From IMG/VR virus record IMGVR_UViG_3300034102_002082, positions 65,857-129,856 of that record: a DNA stretch of 64,000 nucleotides; one strand, given 5' to 3'. The notes beneath the pieces were generated by a model. That model worked only from the letters and a program-made list of their open reading frames with translations, did no database searches and had not been told where the DNA came from. Made by a program: the position numbers and the translations under genes. Source of the stretch: a virus. Positions 1 through 10,942 of this stretch are shown in pieces (position 1 is the first letter of the stretch; each line of letters begins with the position of its first letter).

Positions 1-207
1 ATCATTTTTATTGCATAATTCGATTATAGAAAAAATAAAATTGTCTTTCCCGTCTAAATTGTAAGCATTTTGTAAATGTTTGTTGACGTGTATGTTATTA
101 GCAAGATCATTGAAATGTTCATATTTTCGTCTATCCATATCGCTCGATGATCCAATGTAAATTTTCCCATTCTTAATGTTTGTTATTTTATATATTCCAG
201 TGTTCAT
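1..207 (-). CDS. GIY-YIG homing endonuclease, 5' part (runs off the window)
   Basis: Manual translation from ATG at 207: MNTGIYKITNIKNGKIYIGSSSDMDRRKYEHFNDL..., with GIY and YIG motifs; not in the ORF track. Confidence 0.85.
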   Translation of the reverse strand, partial: MNTGIYKITNIKNGKIYIGSSSDMDRRKYEHFNDLANNIHVNKHLQNAYNLDGKDNFIFSIIELCNKND

Positions 208-326
208 ATACTATAAGTGTTACGATCTTACCGAAGAACTCTAAATATTTTGAGATCGATCAAAAATAACTTCCCAATTATAAAAAAGAAAAAACAGAAT
301 CTCATATATACTTATATATATAAAAT

Positions 327-1172
327 ATGGAAACCATACCAATTACAAGACAAGCAGTACAGCAACTAAAAGACCAGTATCCAGAAACAGCAAATGTTCC
401 TGTTACTAAGAAGAACACATTACCAACAATAACGGTAAAGCTTCCTAGTCGTGGATATTTTTATCCATCATCATCCCCGTTGTCATCCGGCACAATAGAA
501 ATACATCAAGCTACAGCAAAACACGAGGATATTCTACAGAATCAACAGTTCTTAAAGAAGGGAATTGTATTGGATGAATTTTTGAAAGCCATGATAGTTA
601 CTGCTGGTGTATCTCTTGATGACCTATTGATTGGTGACAAGAATGCTATCTTTATAGCCACTAGAATATCCGCCTACGGTGAAGACTACTCCGTGAAAGT
701 AAAATGTCCAGAATGTGGCGAGGAGAGCAAAGTAACCGTAGATCTATCGAAGGTAGCTAATAAGGAATATGATTTTAGTGCGTTGAGTAAGGGAGAAAAT
801 AAATTCTCTTTCCAATTACCAGTATCCAAGAAAAATATCACTTGGAAACTCTTAACTCACAAGGATGAATCATTGATTGAGAGTGAAATAAAGTCACTAG
901 CTAAGTTTAATAATGGTGCATCTGCTCCGGAAATTACAACTAGATTAAAGTTCCTAATTGTTTCTATTGACGGTGAAACCGATAAAGGTAAGATTAAGAA
1001 ATTTATCGATGAGTCACTACCAGCAAGGGATAGTCTTGCTTTACGTAAAGAAGTAAAGGACAAGACACCTGACTTGGATATGACCTTTGATTTTGATTGT
1101 TCGAAGTGTGGACACGCAGCTAAGATAGCTATTCCTATGAATCCAGAATTTTTCTGGCCTTCGAATAGTTAA
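327..1172 (+). CDS. T4 gp26-like baseplate hub / tail assembly chaperone (paralog 1)
   Basis: LPSRG N-terminal motif, two CxxC (CPEC, CSKC), ends FFWP; lies upstream of tape measure. Confidence 0.7.
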   Translation: METIPITRQAVQQLKDQYPETANVPVTKKNTLPTITVKLPSRGYFYPSSSPLSSGTIEIHQATAKHEDILQNQQFLKKGIVLDEFLKAMIVTAGVSLDDLLIGDKNAIFIATRISAYGEDYSVKVKCPECGEESKVTVDLSKVANKEYDFSALSKGENKFSFQLPVSKKNITWKLLTHKDESLIESEIKSLAKFNNGASAPEITTRLKFLIVSIDGETDKGKIKKFIDESLPARDSLALRKEVKDKTPDLDMTFDFDCSKCGHAAKIAIPMNPEFFWPSNS

Positions 1173-1176
1173 TAAT

Positions 1177-1977
1177 ATGTTTCCATATGACGCAATAAAA
1201 AATCAACTAATAAGTTTAGTTGAGGTAAATTCCGGTATGCGAGATAGTAAGGGATTTAAAAAAACACTAGATCAAATTTATTCCGATTGTGTTGATTTAA
1301 TTAAGAAATTTCCTAACTTCTCACAACTGGAAGATATTAATAAAAAATACTTGACTACACAATCTAGTATTTTTTATTATCCAATAGGTTCAGATTCTCA
1401 TATGGATATCACATCATCTGATATTGTGTTGGAATTTTTTCCTGCTGAAAATCCTATAGGAGAACCGGAGAAAATAATATTTCCAATAGCTGGCGCAGAT
1501 ATAAATTCTTCTCCGTATAGAATTATAATCGGGTTAAATAAAGAAGCAACAAAAAGAGAATTACTAGAAAAGTTGGATATATTAAAAATTACATTGTCAC
1601 ATGAATTAGTTCATATATTTAAAACGATGTATGGGGAATATCAAAGGACCGGAAAAGAATACTTAGATGCAAAAAACAAAATAAATAAAGAGAAATATAT
1701 AACCAATTCTGGTGAAATTGATGCTTTTATATCACAGTTGATCTCCGAATTAGAAGCAATACATAAAAAAGACAAAAACATAACTCTGGTTGATGCGCTG
1801 AATGGGTCTTTGATTTATAAAAAGTTTTTCGATGAGGTTGACAAAGTTTACGGGAAACATGTATCAGATGACAAATTCAAAGACGGAACTGATAAAAAAT
1901 TGAGAAAAATAAAAAAGCATATGTTATCGAAGGTTGTCAATTTTTGGAAAACAGAAATTGGTGGAAAAATAAAATAA
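1177..1977 (+). CDS. HEXXH zincin-like protein
   Basis: SHELVH followed by downstream EIDAF. Confidence 0.5.
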   Translation: MFPYDAIKNQLISLVEVNSGMRDSKGFKKTLDQIYSDCVDLIKKFPNFSQLEDINKKYLTTQSSIFYYPIGSDSHMDITSSDIVLEFFPAENPIGEPEKIIFPIAGADINSSPYRIIIGLNKEATKRELLEKLDILKITLSHELVHIFKTMYGEYQRTGKEYLDAKNKINKEKYITNSGEIDAFISQLISELEAIHKKDKNITLVDALNGSLIYKKFFDEVDKVYGKHVSDDKFKDGTDKKLRKIKKHMLSKVVNFWKTEIGGKIK

Positions 1978-1978
1978 T

Positions 1979-2887
1979 ATGGAATATGAGGTAATAAGTC
2001 TAGCCTCAGAAGGATGGTTCTATAATAAGGACCATCCTTTTTCGTCGGGTAAAGCAAAGATAAAGCCATTCTGCTTTAATATTGAGAAGATTCTTTGTAA
2101 TCAAAATTTAAAGAAAAGAGGGGAAATTGATAAAGAATTTATTAAGAATATTGTGGTGGAAGACGTTGAATTTGATAGTATCCTTAACTGTGATTATGAG
2201 ACTATTATACTAAATTCTAGAATCCTAAATTATGGAAAAACGGGCAAATATAAGATAAGTTGCCCACATTGTGATGTAGAATCTCAACAAGACATTTCAT
2301 TTCTTTTTCGTGGAAAACCAACACCAAATCCAGTAAAATATGGAGAAAATGGTGTGAAAGTTGGATTATCTGATGGTGAACACCTCGTTCTAAAATTACC
2401 GACAGTTAACGAATATCGCAAATTTTCAGAAATGAACTGGTTGGATTATTTACAGAATATTACCGTGTCATATTCTGGTGGGGATCATGTTTCCTTTATT
2501 GAAAATGGACTAAGCGTAAAGGATAGTAGACACTTGCGGTCACTTTACAAGGATGATTTTCCAGGTTTTATAACCTCGGTAGAACTTACTTGTCCTAGTT
2601 GTGGGGAGGCATTTAAAACTGGTGTCGAGCCAAATATCGACATTTTTGGGTTTTCTCCTGAGTATCGAAAGAGTGTTCAAGAGGAAATGTTTGACCTCTG
2701 TTATCATTCAGAAGGAACATTTCAGATGGACTTTGTTCAAGATATGTCTGTTTCGGACAGATCGTTTTACATAAATAGATTGGTGGAAACCATAAACAAG
2801 AAGAATGAAGCAGAACAGAAGGCAGCGAATGCTGCTAAGAGTGGTGGAGGAAGTAGGACGGTTTCTCCACCACCGAGAGTTAAGTAA
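1979..2887 (+). CDS. gp26-like tail assembly chaperone paralog 2 with fused C-terminal extension
   Basis: LASEG, CPHC and CPSC align by eye with 327..1172; extra C-terminal FGFSPEYRKSVQEEMFDLCYH...MSVSDRSFYINRL. Confidence 0.65.
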   Translation: MEYEVISLASEGWFYNKDHPFSSGKAKIKPFCFNIEKILCNQNLKKRGEIDKEFIKNIVVEDVEFDSILNCDYETIILNSRILNYGKTGKYKISCPHCDVESQQDISFLFRGKPTPNPVKYGENGVKVGLSDGEHLVLKLPTVNEYRKFSEMNWLDYLQNITVSYSGGDHVSFIENGLSVKDSRHLRSLYKDDFPGFITSVELTCPSCGEAFKTGVEPNIDIFGFSPEYRKSVQEEMFDLCYHSEGTFQMDFVQDMSVSDRSFYINRLVETINKKNEAEQKAANAAKSGGGSRTVSPPPRVK

Positions 2888-3241
2888 TTACTTGCTTGAT
2901 TTATCCGTTCCTAGAAATCCACGAAAGAACGATTGCAATGCTCCAAGTAAGAGTCCAGCGGTGATGATAACGAGTAGGAGTGCAAGAATAGCAACCACGA
3001 AGAAAGCGATCATGGAAAAAATCGTAACTATTGGTATGAATACTTCTGGTATCGTTGTGTTATTTCTGATCATGTCGGCAGCTTTACGATATGAAGGAAT
3101 AAGAAAAACCGCAAAACAGAATAGGAAGAATGGCGCTAATACAATAAATATAATTAACGTGTGTGGTAATTCGGTATTTTCTACGAGGAATCCACCGATA
3201 GCAAATAAAACGAACATTATTGGGAATATTAGGAGGTGCAT
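2888..3241 (-). CDS. small membrane protein (about 3 TM helices)
   Basis: Hydrophobic stretches; fills the gap exactly; minus-strand TTGACA upstream near 3273-3278. Confidence 0.6.
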   Translation of the reverse strand: MHLLIFPIMFVLFAIGGFLVENTELPHTLIIFIVLAPFFLFCFAVFLIPSYRKAADMIRNNTTIPEVFIPIVTIFSMIAFFVVAILALLLVIITAGLLLGALQSFFRGFLGTDKSSK

Positions 3242-3319
3242 GATTTTCTTACTTTGATTACTTTTCGATGAATGTCAAGAAGTTTCTCATATTTTCGATT
3301 ATTTTTATATTTATAGATA

Positions 3320-6025
3320 ATGGCAACAGACGACACAGACCTATCGAAAGACCAATTAGACTTGGCTAAACAACTTGTTTTAGAAGCAAATAAGTCAAAA
3401 AAGTATAGAGATGATGAATTGGATGGTTTGAAAAAAATAAACGATCTCAATAAACGCATATTGGAAAGTAGAAAAAATCAAAATAGGGCAGAAGAGTTAA
3501 GGACAGCACTATCAAAAAAGAATCCAGCGGAACTACAAAAAGAAATAACAGCGCAGAAGAAGTTGATGGATATTGCGCAACAAGCTGTTGTTTCTAGGCA
3601 ATCGGAAATACATATAGAAACAGGGAAAATAAAAAGTATAGAGAATGAACTTTTAACCAGTAAACATATACAAGACATACGTAAAAAAGATCTAGAATTT
3701 CAGCTACGATTGGCTAAAAATAGACTCATAGCGAATAAGGATGATTTATCTTACTTAACAAAAACGCAGCGTCAATTATTGATTTCGCAGAAAGAGAAGA
3801 AAAAAGATCTTTCTGATATAAGAGAAATCCAGTCGGAATTAAATGGATTGCTATTAGAAAATACCAAGGAACTAGAAGAGCAATTAAAGAAGGAAGAAAA
3901 AATATATGAGATATCGAAGGGATTTAAGCAAGTAATAGATAATATCACATCTCCAATATCTCTATTAATAGGATTCGTAACATTAGGATGGAAAAGATTT
4001 GTTGAATTAGATTCGGCAGCAAAAGACTTTAGAAATACAACGAAATTAACTAAAGACCAGACGGAGGAGTTAACGAATCAAGTAGAATCAATGAGTCTAG
4101 AGTATGGTAAATTTGGTATTGGAGTAAAAGAAGGATATGATGCTGCTGCTGCATTGACATCTCAATTCGGCATCATGAATAAAGCAGTTATGGAAAACAA
4201 GAATTCTGTAGCATTACTTACTGCTAATCTAGGAGTTACAAATGAAAATGCCGCAGGATTTGTTCGTTATATGGATCAAGTTGGTGGGATGACGAAAGAA
4301 CAGATTGCGAATACTGCTGGATTTGCTAAGAATTTATCTAAGGCATCGGGAGTCCCGTTGGATAGAATTATGGAGGATGTTGCTCATGCATCCGAACAAG
4401 CTCGCACCATGACTGGTGGAAGTGTCATAAATCTAATCAAAGCATCCGCACAAGCGAGAAAATTTGGTGTTGATTTGAATAAAGTCGCCGCTGCCGCTAG
4501 AGGTATGCTGGACTTTAATGAAAGTATAAATTCTGAATTGGAAGCGTCTGTTTTACTTGGTAAAAACCTTAGCTTCATGGATGCTCGTCGATATGCGTTC
4601 GCGGGACAATTAGAAAAAGCACAAGAAGCTACATTAAATCAGGTAGAAAAAATGGGCGATTTTAATGCTTTAAATGTTCTCCAACAGGAGGCATTAGCAA
4701 AAGCATCTGGGTATTCCGTCTCTGATTTACAGAAGATGATAAAGATGAAAAAAGATTTCAATTTGTTAACGGGGAAAGAAAAAGATGATTATAACGCATT
4801 GATGAAGATGAAGGAAGTGGACATAAAGAATAACAATTCTGCTCGCGATGAACTTAAAAAGATGCAGATGCAGTCAACGATGGATACATTGAATAATTCA
4901 TTATCGACACTGAAGAATTCTCTTGCTCAATTATTGATACCAATTCTGAAATTATTAACACCAATTGTTGAAGGATTCTCGATAGTTGTTGGTAGTGTGG
5001 GAAAGTTGGTCGCAATATTCCCATCATGGGTACAAGGTCTTGCTGGTGCGGTTACTCTTGCTGCTCTATTAGGAGCAAGTTTCTTCGGTATAAGTGCATC
5101 TATATCAAAAATAATATCAATGAGTGGAAAGCTTGCTGGTGCGTTAAGTAGGGGTGTTGTTGGTGAAAATGGTCCGCAACAAACCGGTATGATGGGAAAA
5201 CTTAAAGGTTGGGTGAGTGGAAAATTTGGAAAGACGACAGGAGACATAAGCAAAGCTGCCGATGGTGCGAAACCAAAATCGGGTGAGGCTTTTAAGGATT
5301 TCATGACAAACTTCTCACTTGGTGTGCAACAAATGGACATAACGAAAACTTTCAAGGGTATCGCTGGTATGATTGCATTGGCTGTTCCGGTATATACTCT
5401 TGGACTTGCTCTAAAATCTTGGGAAGGAATATCGTGGAAAACAATAGGTGTTGCTGCTGTTTCGCTAGTTGCTTTGGCTGGTGCTGCATTTGCATTGGGG
5501 GCATTAGTGTCTGGTCCACAAGCCGCTGTATTTGGTGCTGGTTTATTGGCTCTTGTTGGTCTAGGATTGGCTTTGCTTCCGTTGGGTATCGCCGCGAAAA
5601 GTGCAGGAGAAGGCATGAACCTTATTGGTGACGGGTTGGGAAAAATAGTACCACAATTATCGACGTTGATTGGTATGAGTGTTGGGTTATCGACAGTAAC
5701 CAAATCAATAATCGAACTGGGTAACGCTTTTAATAGCTTCGGAGTAGGATCTTCTGATGGTCTTGGTAAATTACTAGATACTAGAGTTTCTCAATTGCAA
5801 AAATTAGTCGATGTCGGTCCACAATTACAAGTTACTGCTAACGCAATAAAAACAATTAGTAATCCATCAGCAGATAATTCATCGACATCAACGAGTTCTG
5901 CCACATCAAACGAAGCGGTAGTCAAGAAACTGGACGAATTAATCGGATTATTAAAATCTGGTGCAATTGCTGTAAACTTGGATGGAAGAAGAGTATCTTC
6001 TGGTCTTGCTGCTGCTGTAAGTTAA
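3320..6025 (+). CDS. tail tape measure protein
   Basis: 901 aa; helical coiled-coil N-terminus, Ala/Gly-rich hydrophobic C-terminal part, ends VNLDGRRVS; follows chaperones. Confidence 0.8.
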   Translation: MATDDTDLSKDQLDLAKQLVLEANKSKKYRDDELDGLKKINDLNKRILESRKNQNRAEELRTALSKKNPAELQKEITAQKKLMDIAQQAVVSRQSEIHIETGKIKSIENELLTSKHIQDIRKKDLEFQLRLAKNRLIANKDDLSYLTKTQRQLLISQKEKKKDLSDIREIQSELNGLLLENTKELEEQLKKEEKIYEISKGFKQVIDNITSPISLLIGFVTLGWKRFVELDSAAKDFRNTTKLTKDQTEELTNQVESMSLEYGKFGIGVKEGYDAAAALTSQFGIMNKAVMENKNSVALLTANLGVTNENAAGFVRYMDQVGGMTKEQIANTAGFAKNLSKASGVPLDRIMEDVAHASEQARTMTGGSVINLIKASAQARKFGVDLNKVAAAARGMLDFNESINSELEASVLLGKNLSFMDARRYAFAGQLEKAQEATLNQVEKMGDFNALNVLQQEALAKASGYSVSDLQKMIKMKKDFNLLTGKEKDDYNALMKMKEVDIKNNNSARDELKKMQMQSTMDTLNNSLSTLKNSLAQLLIPILKLLTPIVEGFSIVVGSVGKLVAIFPSWVQGLAGAVTLAALLGASFFGISASISKIISMSGKLAGALSRGVVGENGPQQTGMMGKLKGWVSGKFGKTTGDISKAADGAKPKSGEAFKDFMTNFSLGVQQMDITKTFKGIAGMIALAVPVYTLGLALKSWEGISWKTIGVAAVSLVALAGAAFALGALVSGPQAAVFGAGLLALVGLGLALLPLGIAAKSAGEGMNLIGDGLGKIVPQLSTLIGMSVGLSTVTKSIIELGNAFNSFGVGSSDGLGKLLDTRVSQLQKLVDVGPQLQVTANAIKTISNPSADNSSTSTSSATSNEAVVKKLDELIGLLKSGAIAVNLDGRRVSSGLAAAVS

Positions 6026-6074
6026 TTCATATTGATTTCTGCCGAATTTATAAATAAGTTACATATTTATAGAG

Positions 6075-8315
6075 ATGACATCGTTAAATCCCACACCTGT
6101 TGGTAGCTCAAGTAGACTGACATCATTATTGTCTACATCATCGGATTATTATGTTTTTAAGAACAAAACCGACAGCACAAAAACCATACAGCAATTATCG
6201 AGTGGGCCATTGTTAAGTCACGCATTGAGTGGTGGTAACAACAAATCTATAGAGACTAATTTTAATGGAAACGCATCTGCGATTTATAAGAAGATATCAC
6301 CATATACCCATAACGGTACTGGTTTACTTGGGTTCGGCCCAGATCAACCATATGTTTCCGTAAATCCAGATAGCAAGACTAAGAGAATAAAAAGATACGA
6401 CTCCGTTGGTTTTCCTATCGGAAGTACTATTCAAGATACTATCAGAATAGCAAAATGGAGCGTATCTGGTAAAGGATTATTATTCTACGGAAAACAATTT
6501 TTATTACAAGCACAAGCTGCCCATAACGAAACAGGAATATACAACCCATTAAGCGTTCTACAGGCAACTGTTCGTCCAGCTACATTAGGCTTAATTCCTA
6601 GACCAAAGAGACACATTGATACTGGTGGAAGTTTTTTGGCTGGATTATTGGGTGCAATGGGTATTAAAGATAACTCAGGTGAGCCACCAAAGGGCACCGC
6701 TGGTGCCAAGGATAGATCAACATTACCAGAAAGCGGTCAGAATAACGGCAAGGGAAATATAAGAGCTAAGACTGGTTTCGATGCTCATCAAAAGTTATTA
6801 CTGAAGTATGGTGCATCGACACCATCTAAGAAGACTGGTTTCTTGTCTGGGTTAATAAAGAGTTTGTTACCATCAATAGGAACTCAACCAGACCAATTTA
6901 AGAATTTAACAGGCGCACACAAATATAGAGCAGATCAAGATGCTTACGATTTAATGTTATCTTTCCATAAAAAGCAATCTGAAAGTCATCCAGTTTTATA
7001 TGGAAACTATTACAGCAAAAATTATTCTGATAGTTCATTGACTAATCAAGGAAAAGCCGCAGGTGTTATGCCGGATGGTGATAATATGTACATTTCATCA
7101 TACATATCATCTTCCGGTAACACTGGTTTGGAACAATTATATTCTGATTTGGTTGCCGGTAAATTCACCGGAAAGAGTGTTTTCTTCTACAATTCACCGT
7201 TAAATGATAATTTCAAATATACCCAAGGAATCGTTGGTGGACTACCAGAAAAAATAGAAAATACAGGAGATATCGATGTAGGAACTATTCGTAAATTAAA
7301 AGCCAATGGTATACAGTATTTTGCGTCGAAATCAGCAATCCAATATTCTCAATTAATAGGCGGAAAAGATCAAAGAATAGGAAGATATGAGGATATAATA
7401 GATACTAACGAATCAAGTAATATGTTGATAAAATCCAAAGGTTTTTCTACTAGTTACAAATCGGATAAAATAGGAGAGACTTCTGTTGTCGAAGGTTCCT
7501 ATTTTATAAAAAAGCAGAGTAATGGAAGTATAATAGAAGGGCAGTCTGATCAAATCCCGTTCTGGTTTCAAGATATAGTTAATGATAAATATATCCAATT
7601 TAGAGCAATAATATCAGGAATATCCGACAACGAATCAGTTGATTGGGAAGAGATACGATATCTAGGAAAACCAGAATCGGTATATAATTATAAGGGATAT
7701 TCCAGATCGTTATCTTTTAGTTTTACTATCGCTGTTACTTCTGTTAAGGAATTGCATCCTACATGGAAAAAGATAAATTATTTGAAATCAATGAGTAGAC
7801 CATCAAATTATTCTATGGGTAAATTTATGGTTCCGCCCTTAGTAAATTTGCGTATGGGCGATATTTATTATAATGTCCCGATTATAATGCAATCTATAAA
7901 TATAACTATACCAGATGATGCTATTTGGGAAACATTACCGGATGGATATAAAACATATGAATACGCTGGTGGTAGGATATCAATAGATAATGTTAGGGTT
8001 GGTCAGTTTCCTACTCGTGTAGAAGTGTCAATCACAGCATACGTACTTGAGAAGGAAAAATATCCAAGAATTGGGTCAACTGTTTTTGGTATAAATGAAG
8101 AAGAAAATAAGGGCAACTTCTTATTGCGTGAGTATGATACAGATAGTATATTAGATGATGGTATGCGGAATAAGATATACACAGGACCACCAACAACACC
8201 AAAACCAAAAGCAAAGGAATATATCGATACTCCATATAATTTTAATTCTACGACTGCTGCTCCGCAACCAACTTCACCTTTCGCGGTGAATACATCATTA
8301 ATATCGAATAATTGA
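6075..8315 (+). CDS. baseplate / tail tube initiator-like structural protein
   Basis: C-terminal FRAIISGISD...YLGKPESVYNYKGYSRSLSFSF...PPLVNLRMGD, typical of contractile-tail tube-initiator domains; position after TMP. Confidence 0.55.
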   Translation: MTSLNPTPVGSSSRLTSLLSTSSDYYVFKNKTDSTKTIQQLSSGPLLSHALSGGNNKSIETNFNGNASAIYKKISPYTHNGTGLLGFGPDQPYVSVNPDSKTKRIKRYDSVGFPIGSTIQDTIRIAKWSVSGKGLLFYGKQFLLQAQAAHNETGIYNPLSVLQATVRPATLGLIPRPKRHIDTGGSFLAGLLGAMGIKDNSGEPPKGTAGAKDRSTLPESGQNNGKGNIRAKTGFDAHQKLLLKYGASTPSKKTGFLSGLIKSLLPSIGTQPDQFKNLTGAHKYRADQDAYDLMLSFHKKQSESHPVLYGNYYSKNYSDSSLTNQGKAAGVMPDGDNMYISSYISSSGNTGLEQLYSDLVAGKFTGKSVFFYNSPLNDNFKYTQGIVGGLPEKIENTGDIDVGTIRKLKANGIQYFASKSAIQYSQLIGGKDQRIGRYEDIIDTNESSNMLIKSKGFSTSYKSDKIGETSVVEGSYFIKKQSNGSIIEGQSDQIPFWFQDIVNDKYIQFRAIISGISDNESVDWEEIRYLGKPESVYNYKGYSRSLSFSFTIAVTSVKELHPTWKKINYLKSMSRPSNYSMGKFMVPPLVNLRMGDIYYNVPIIMQSINITIPDDAIWETLPDGYKTYEYAGGRISIDNVRVGQFPTRVEVSITAYVLEKEKYPRIGSTVFGINEEENKGNFLLREYDTDSILDDGMRNKIYTGPPTTPKPKAKEYIDTPYNFNSTTAAPQPTSPFAVNTSLISNN

Positions 8316-8316
8316 T

Positions 8317-8613
8317 ATGAACCGTTATAATTACACAAAAATAACAAAAAGATTCGATGGTAAGAGAATCTATACTACAACATACTACCCATCAATCCCA
8401 TTTGATGATTCCGATATGTACGTTACTACGAACATATCATCTATGTTGGATACGTTGGCAAATCAATATTATAAAGATCCATCATTATGGTGGGTCATAT
8501 ATCGCGCAAACTCTCTCCGTGGCGGTGGGTTGGGTGTTCCTGCCGGTATGCAATTGAGAATACCAATTAACGTACAACCGATACTAGATCAATTCGCTAA
8601 AATGAATAAATAA
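8317..8613 (+). CDS. LysM-like baseplate wedge protein (gp53/tail X type)
   Basis: LDTLANQYYKDPSLWWVIYRAN...GMQLRIP. Confidence 0.75.
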   Translation: MNRYNYTKITKRFDGKRIYTTTYYPSIPFDDSDMYVTTNISSMLDTLANQYYKDPSLWWVIYRANSLRGGGLGVPAGMQLRIPINVQPILDQFAKMNK

Positions 8614-8614
8614 T

Positions 8615-10942
8615 ATGGCTGATACCATACAAATAAAGCCCGCTTTTTATTGGGACTTGAATGACTTCTCCCCGACTATCCGAGGAGAATTAAATAGGAG
8701 AGGTAAAATATCCGGAGATAACTTTACATATTCACCGGGTATATCCGTGGGTTCCCAATATACACATCCATTATCCCCATGGGTGCGTGTGTGTTCAAAT
8801 TCTGCTGCGAATGATAAGAATGGGTTTATATTAGGTGGAATGACTACATCCGGTTTTAAAACTACATATGGATTCTTAAAAGATTCAAATGGTAGAGTAA
8901 TTGGCTATTCGGCTACGGGAGAACCACACAGTATAAGCAATGAGAAATATACCCACAGACCAGCACCAGGAATAATGTCGATAGAAACAGAGTTGAGTGG
9001 TGGTGATGGCAAATTTAGAATAACAACAATAAAATGGGTGTGTTGGTCATTGGATCAATTACATTATATGACCCCGTATTTCTTGACTGCTGGTGTATCT
9101 ATGAGCGTTGAATTTGGATGGAATAATTTTGACGGTGCATCTTTGTTGCCTTTATCTAATAGTAATGAATTACTGAAATATTTTTACAATGACTCTGATG
9201 TTAATATACGATCATTGGTAAATAAATCATTGGGAAATTATGATGGTTCTATAGGCATAGTATCAGATTTTGAATATAATTTTAGATCTGATGGTGGATT
9301 TGATTGTACTACGGTTGTTAAAAATATCGGAGGATTTTATTCTGGTGTATATTCTAGCGGAAGATCATCACCACAAACAAGTGATCCAGAATCCACAACT
9401 AAGGAATTTAGGACTTTCATGAAGTCGTCCTTTAATGCTATAAGTAGTCTAGCAAAGAAAAAACATACTGGTGATCCGTATAAGGCAAATGGCGTGTACG
9501 TAAATAGAGTAAGTAAAGTTGGCGGAAACGCAATATCAAAACAGGTTTTTTATGGCAGGGACGGCAATAACTTTGATAGGTTAACTTCTCAGGGAAGACC
9601 GAAAGATTATGACTTTGATAATACGAGTGATAATTGGTGGATGTCATTCGGTTATCTTATAGAAGTACTCAATAAGAAGTGCGCAATAAAAACCGGAAGT
9701 AGAGAATTATTTAATATTGATATATCAAATACGGTGATTAATGCTCATCCAAATTTGACTACCAATAATGGTAATGTATTATTAATTCCTAGTACAATAT
9801 TACCACAGTTTAGAATTACTTCCAATGAAGATACAATTATATCGGAACAAATTCGCATGAATGATAGTGGGAATCCAGATTTAGTAAAAGCCAATGAAAT
9901 ACTTAAGAGTAAAATTAAAAACTTCTCAAATTCTGGTGGAGCACCAATTTCGATAAGCAGAGTAAACGCAAACAATATAATAAATTGGTGGTCAGATAAT
10001 GCTGGTCCACTTTCTTTTCCTGCATGTGCTGCCGATGATAGAATAAAGAAACCATATACTTCCGGATATCTGAAGAATTTGTATGTGAGTAAGAAAACTA
10101 TTATTGATGCTGTTGATGCAAATAATACATTCAGAGACACGTTAACTGCTATATTGGAACAAATGAGTAAAGCTGCTGGTGATTACTGGCATTTTGAAAT
10201 TGTTCCATTAGATCCAGACGGTAATGATAATTCCACATTGACTATTATCGATAAAAATTGTAGCAATTCGTTTAATCCAATAAACTTATATGACTTCAAA
10301 ATTAATGAGGTAAGTAGTATAGTTAAAGCCGTTTCATTTAACGTCAAGAATTCTAATGCTATGTCTGTTCAGACGTTGATGACGAATGGAAAAAAAGATA
10401 CAAAAAACCCAACGGTGTCGAAAGTAGTTTCTACCGATGGTGGGATACGACAGGAGCATACTATCTCATTGACTGGTCTTCTGCGCAATGATAGGTTAAT
10501 TAAAAACGTAGAGCCTATCGAGGAAAAACTAGAAGCAGAAAGTATACAAAAAGTAGATCCTTCCGCCAAATTGAAATTAATCAATAAGAGAATACCAGCA
10601 AAGGAATCTGCTGAGTATTTCTTTTATACTAAGAACGATAAATTGACATACTTATTGGCAGAACCCGAGGATGAATTACAAAAAGGGTTATTACATGAAG
10701 AAGGTAAGCCAGATCCATCGATATACTCAAGCGTACAACCGGGTATATCATTGGAATTAACTATACAAGGTATATCTGGTATGGTTAACTTAAATTGTTT
10801 TACTGTTTCTGAATTACCAAGTCCATATGGGGACAAATGTTATTTCCAAGTAGAAAATGTGAAACACGTTGTTTCTAATGGAAACTGGGAAACAAAAATA
10901 ACCGCTGGTGTTAGGTTGATACCGGATAATTCCCCACAATGA
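8615..10942 (+). CDS. baseplate hub-like structural protein
   Basis: RPAPGI..., EFGWN, C-terminal LTIQGISG...FQVENVKHVVSNGNWETKI; module position. Confidence 0.55.
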   Translation: MADTIQIKPAFYWDLNDFSPTIRGELNRRGKISGDNFTYSPGISVGSQYTHPLSPWVRVCSNSAANDKNGFILGGMTTSGFKTTYGFLKDSNGRVIGYSATGEPHSISNEKYTHRPAPGIMSIETELSGGDGKFRITTIKWVCWSLDQLHYMTPYFLTAGVSMSVEFGWNNFDGASLLPLSNSNELLKYFYNDSDVNIRSLVNKSLGNYDGSIGIVSDFEYNFRSDGGFDCTTVVKNIGGFYSGVYSSGRSSPQTSDPESTTKEFRTFMKSSFNAISSLAKKKHTGDPYKANGVYVNRVSKVGGNAISKQVFYGRDGNNFDRLTSQGRPKDYDFDNTSDNWWMSFGYLIEVLNKKCAIKTGSRELFNIDISNTVINAHPNLTTNNGNVLLIPSTILPQFRITSNEDTIISEQIRMNDSGNPDLVKANEILKSKIKNFSNSGGAPISISRVNANNIINWWSDNAGPLSFPACAADDRIKKPYTSGYLKNLYVSKKTIIDAVDANNTFRDTLTAILEQMSKAAGDYWHFEIVPLDPDGNDNSTLTIIDKNCSNSFNPINLYDFKINEVSSIVKAVSFNVKNSNAMSVQTLMTNGKKDTKNPTVSKVVSTDGGIRQEHTISLTGLLRNDRLIKNVEPIEEKLEAESIQKVDPSAKLKLINKRIPAKESAEYFFYTKNDKLTYLLAEPEDELQKGLLHEEGKPDPSIYSSVQPGISLELTIQGISGMVNLNCFTVSELPSPYGDKCYFQVENVKHVVSNGNWETKITAGVRLIPDNSPQ

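Noticed and set aside
4927-5703. 258-aa antisense ORF and the many other shadow ORFs in the track
   Set aside because: They lie opposite or inside well-supported genes and show no motifs; this is expected from codon bias.
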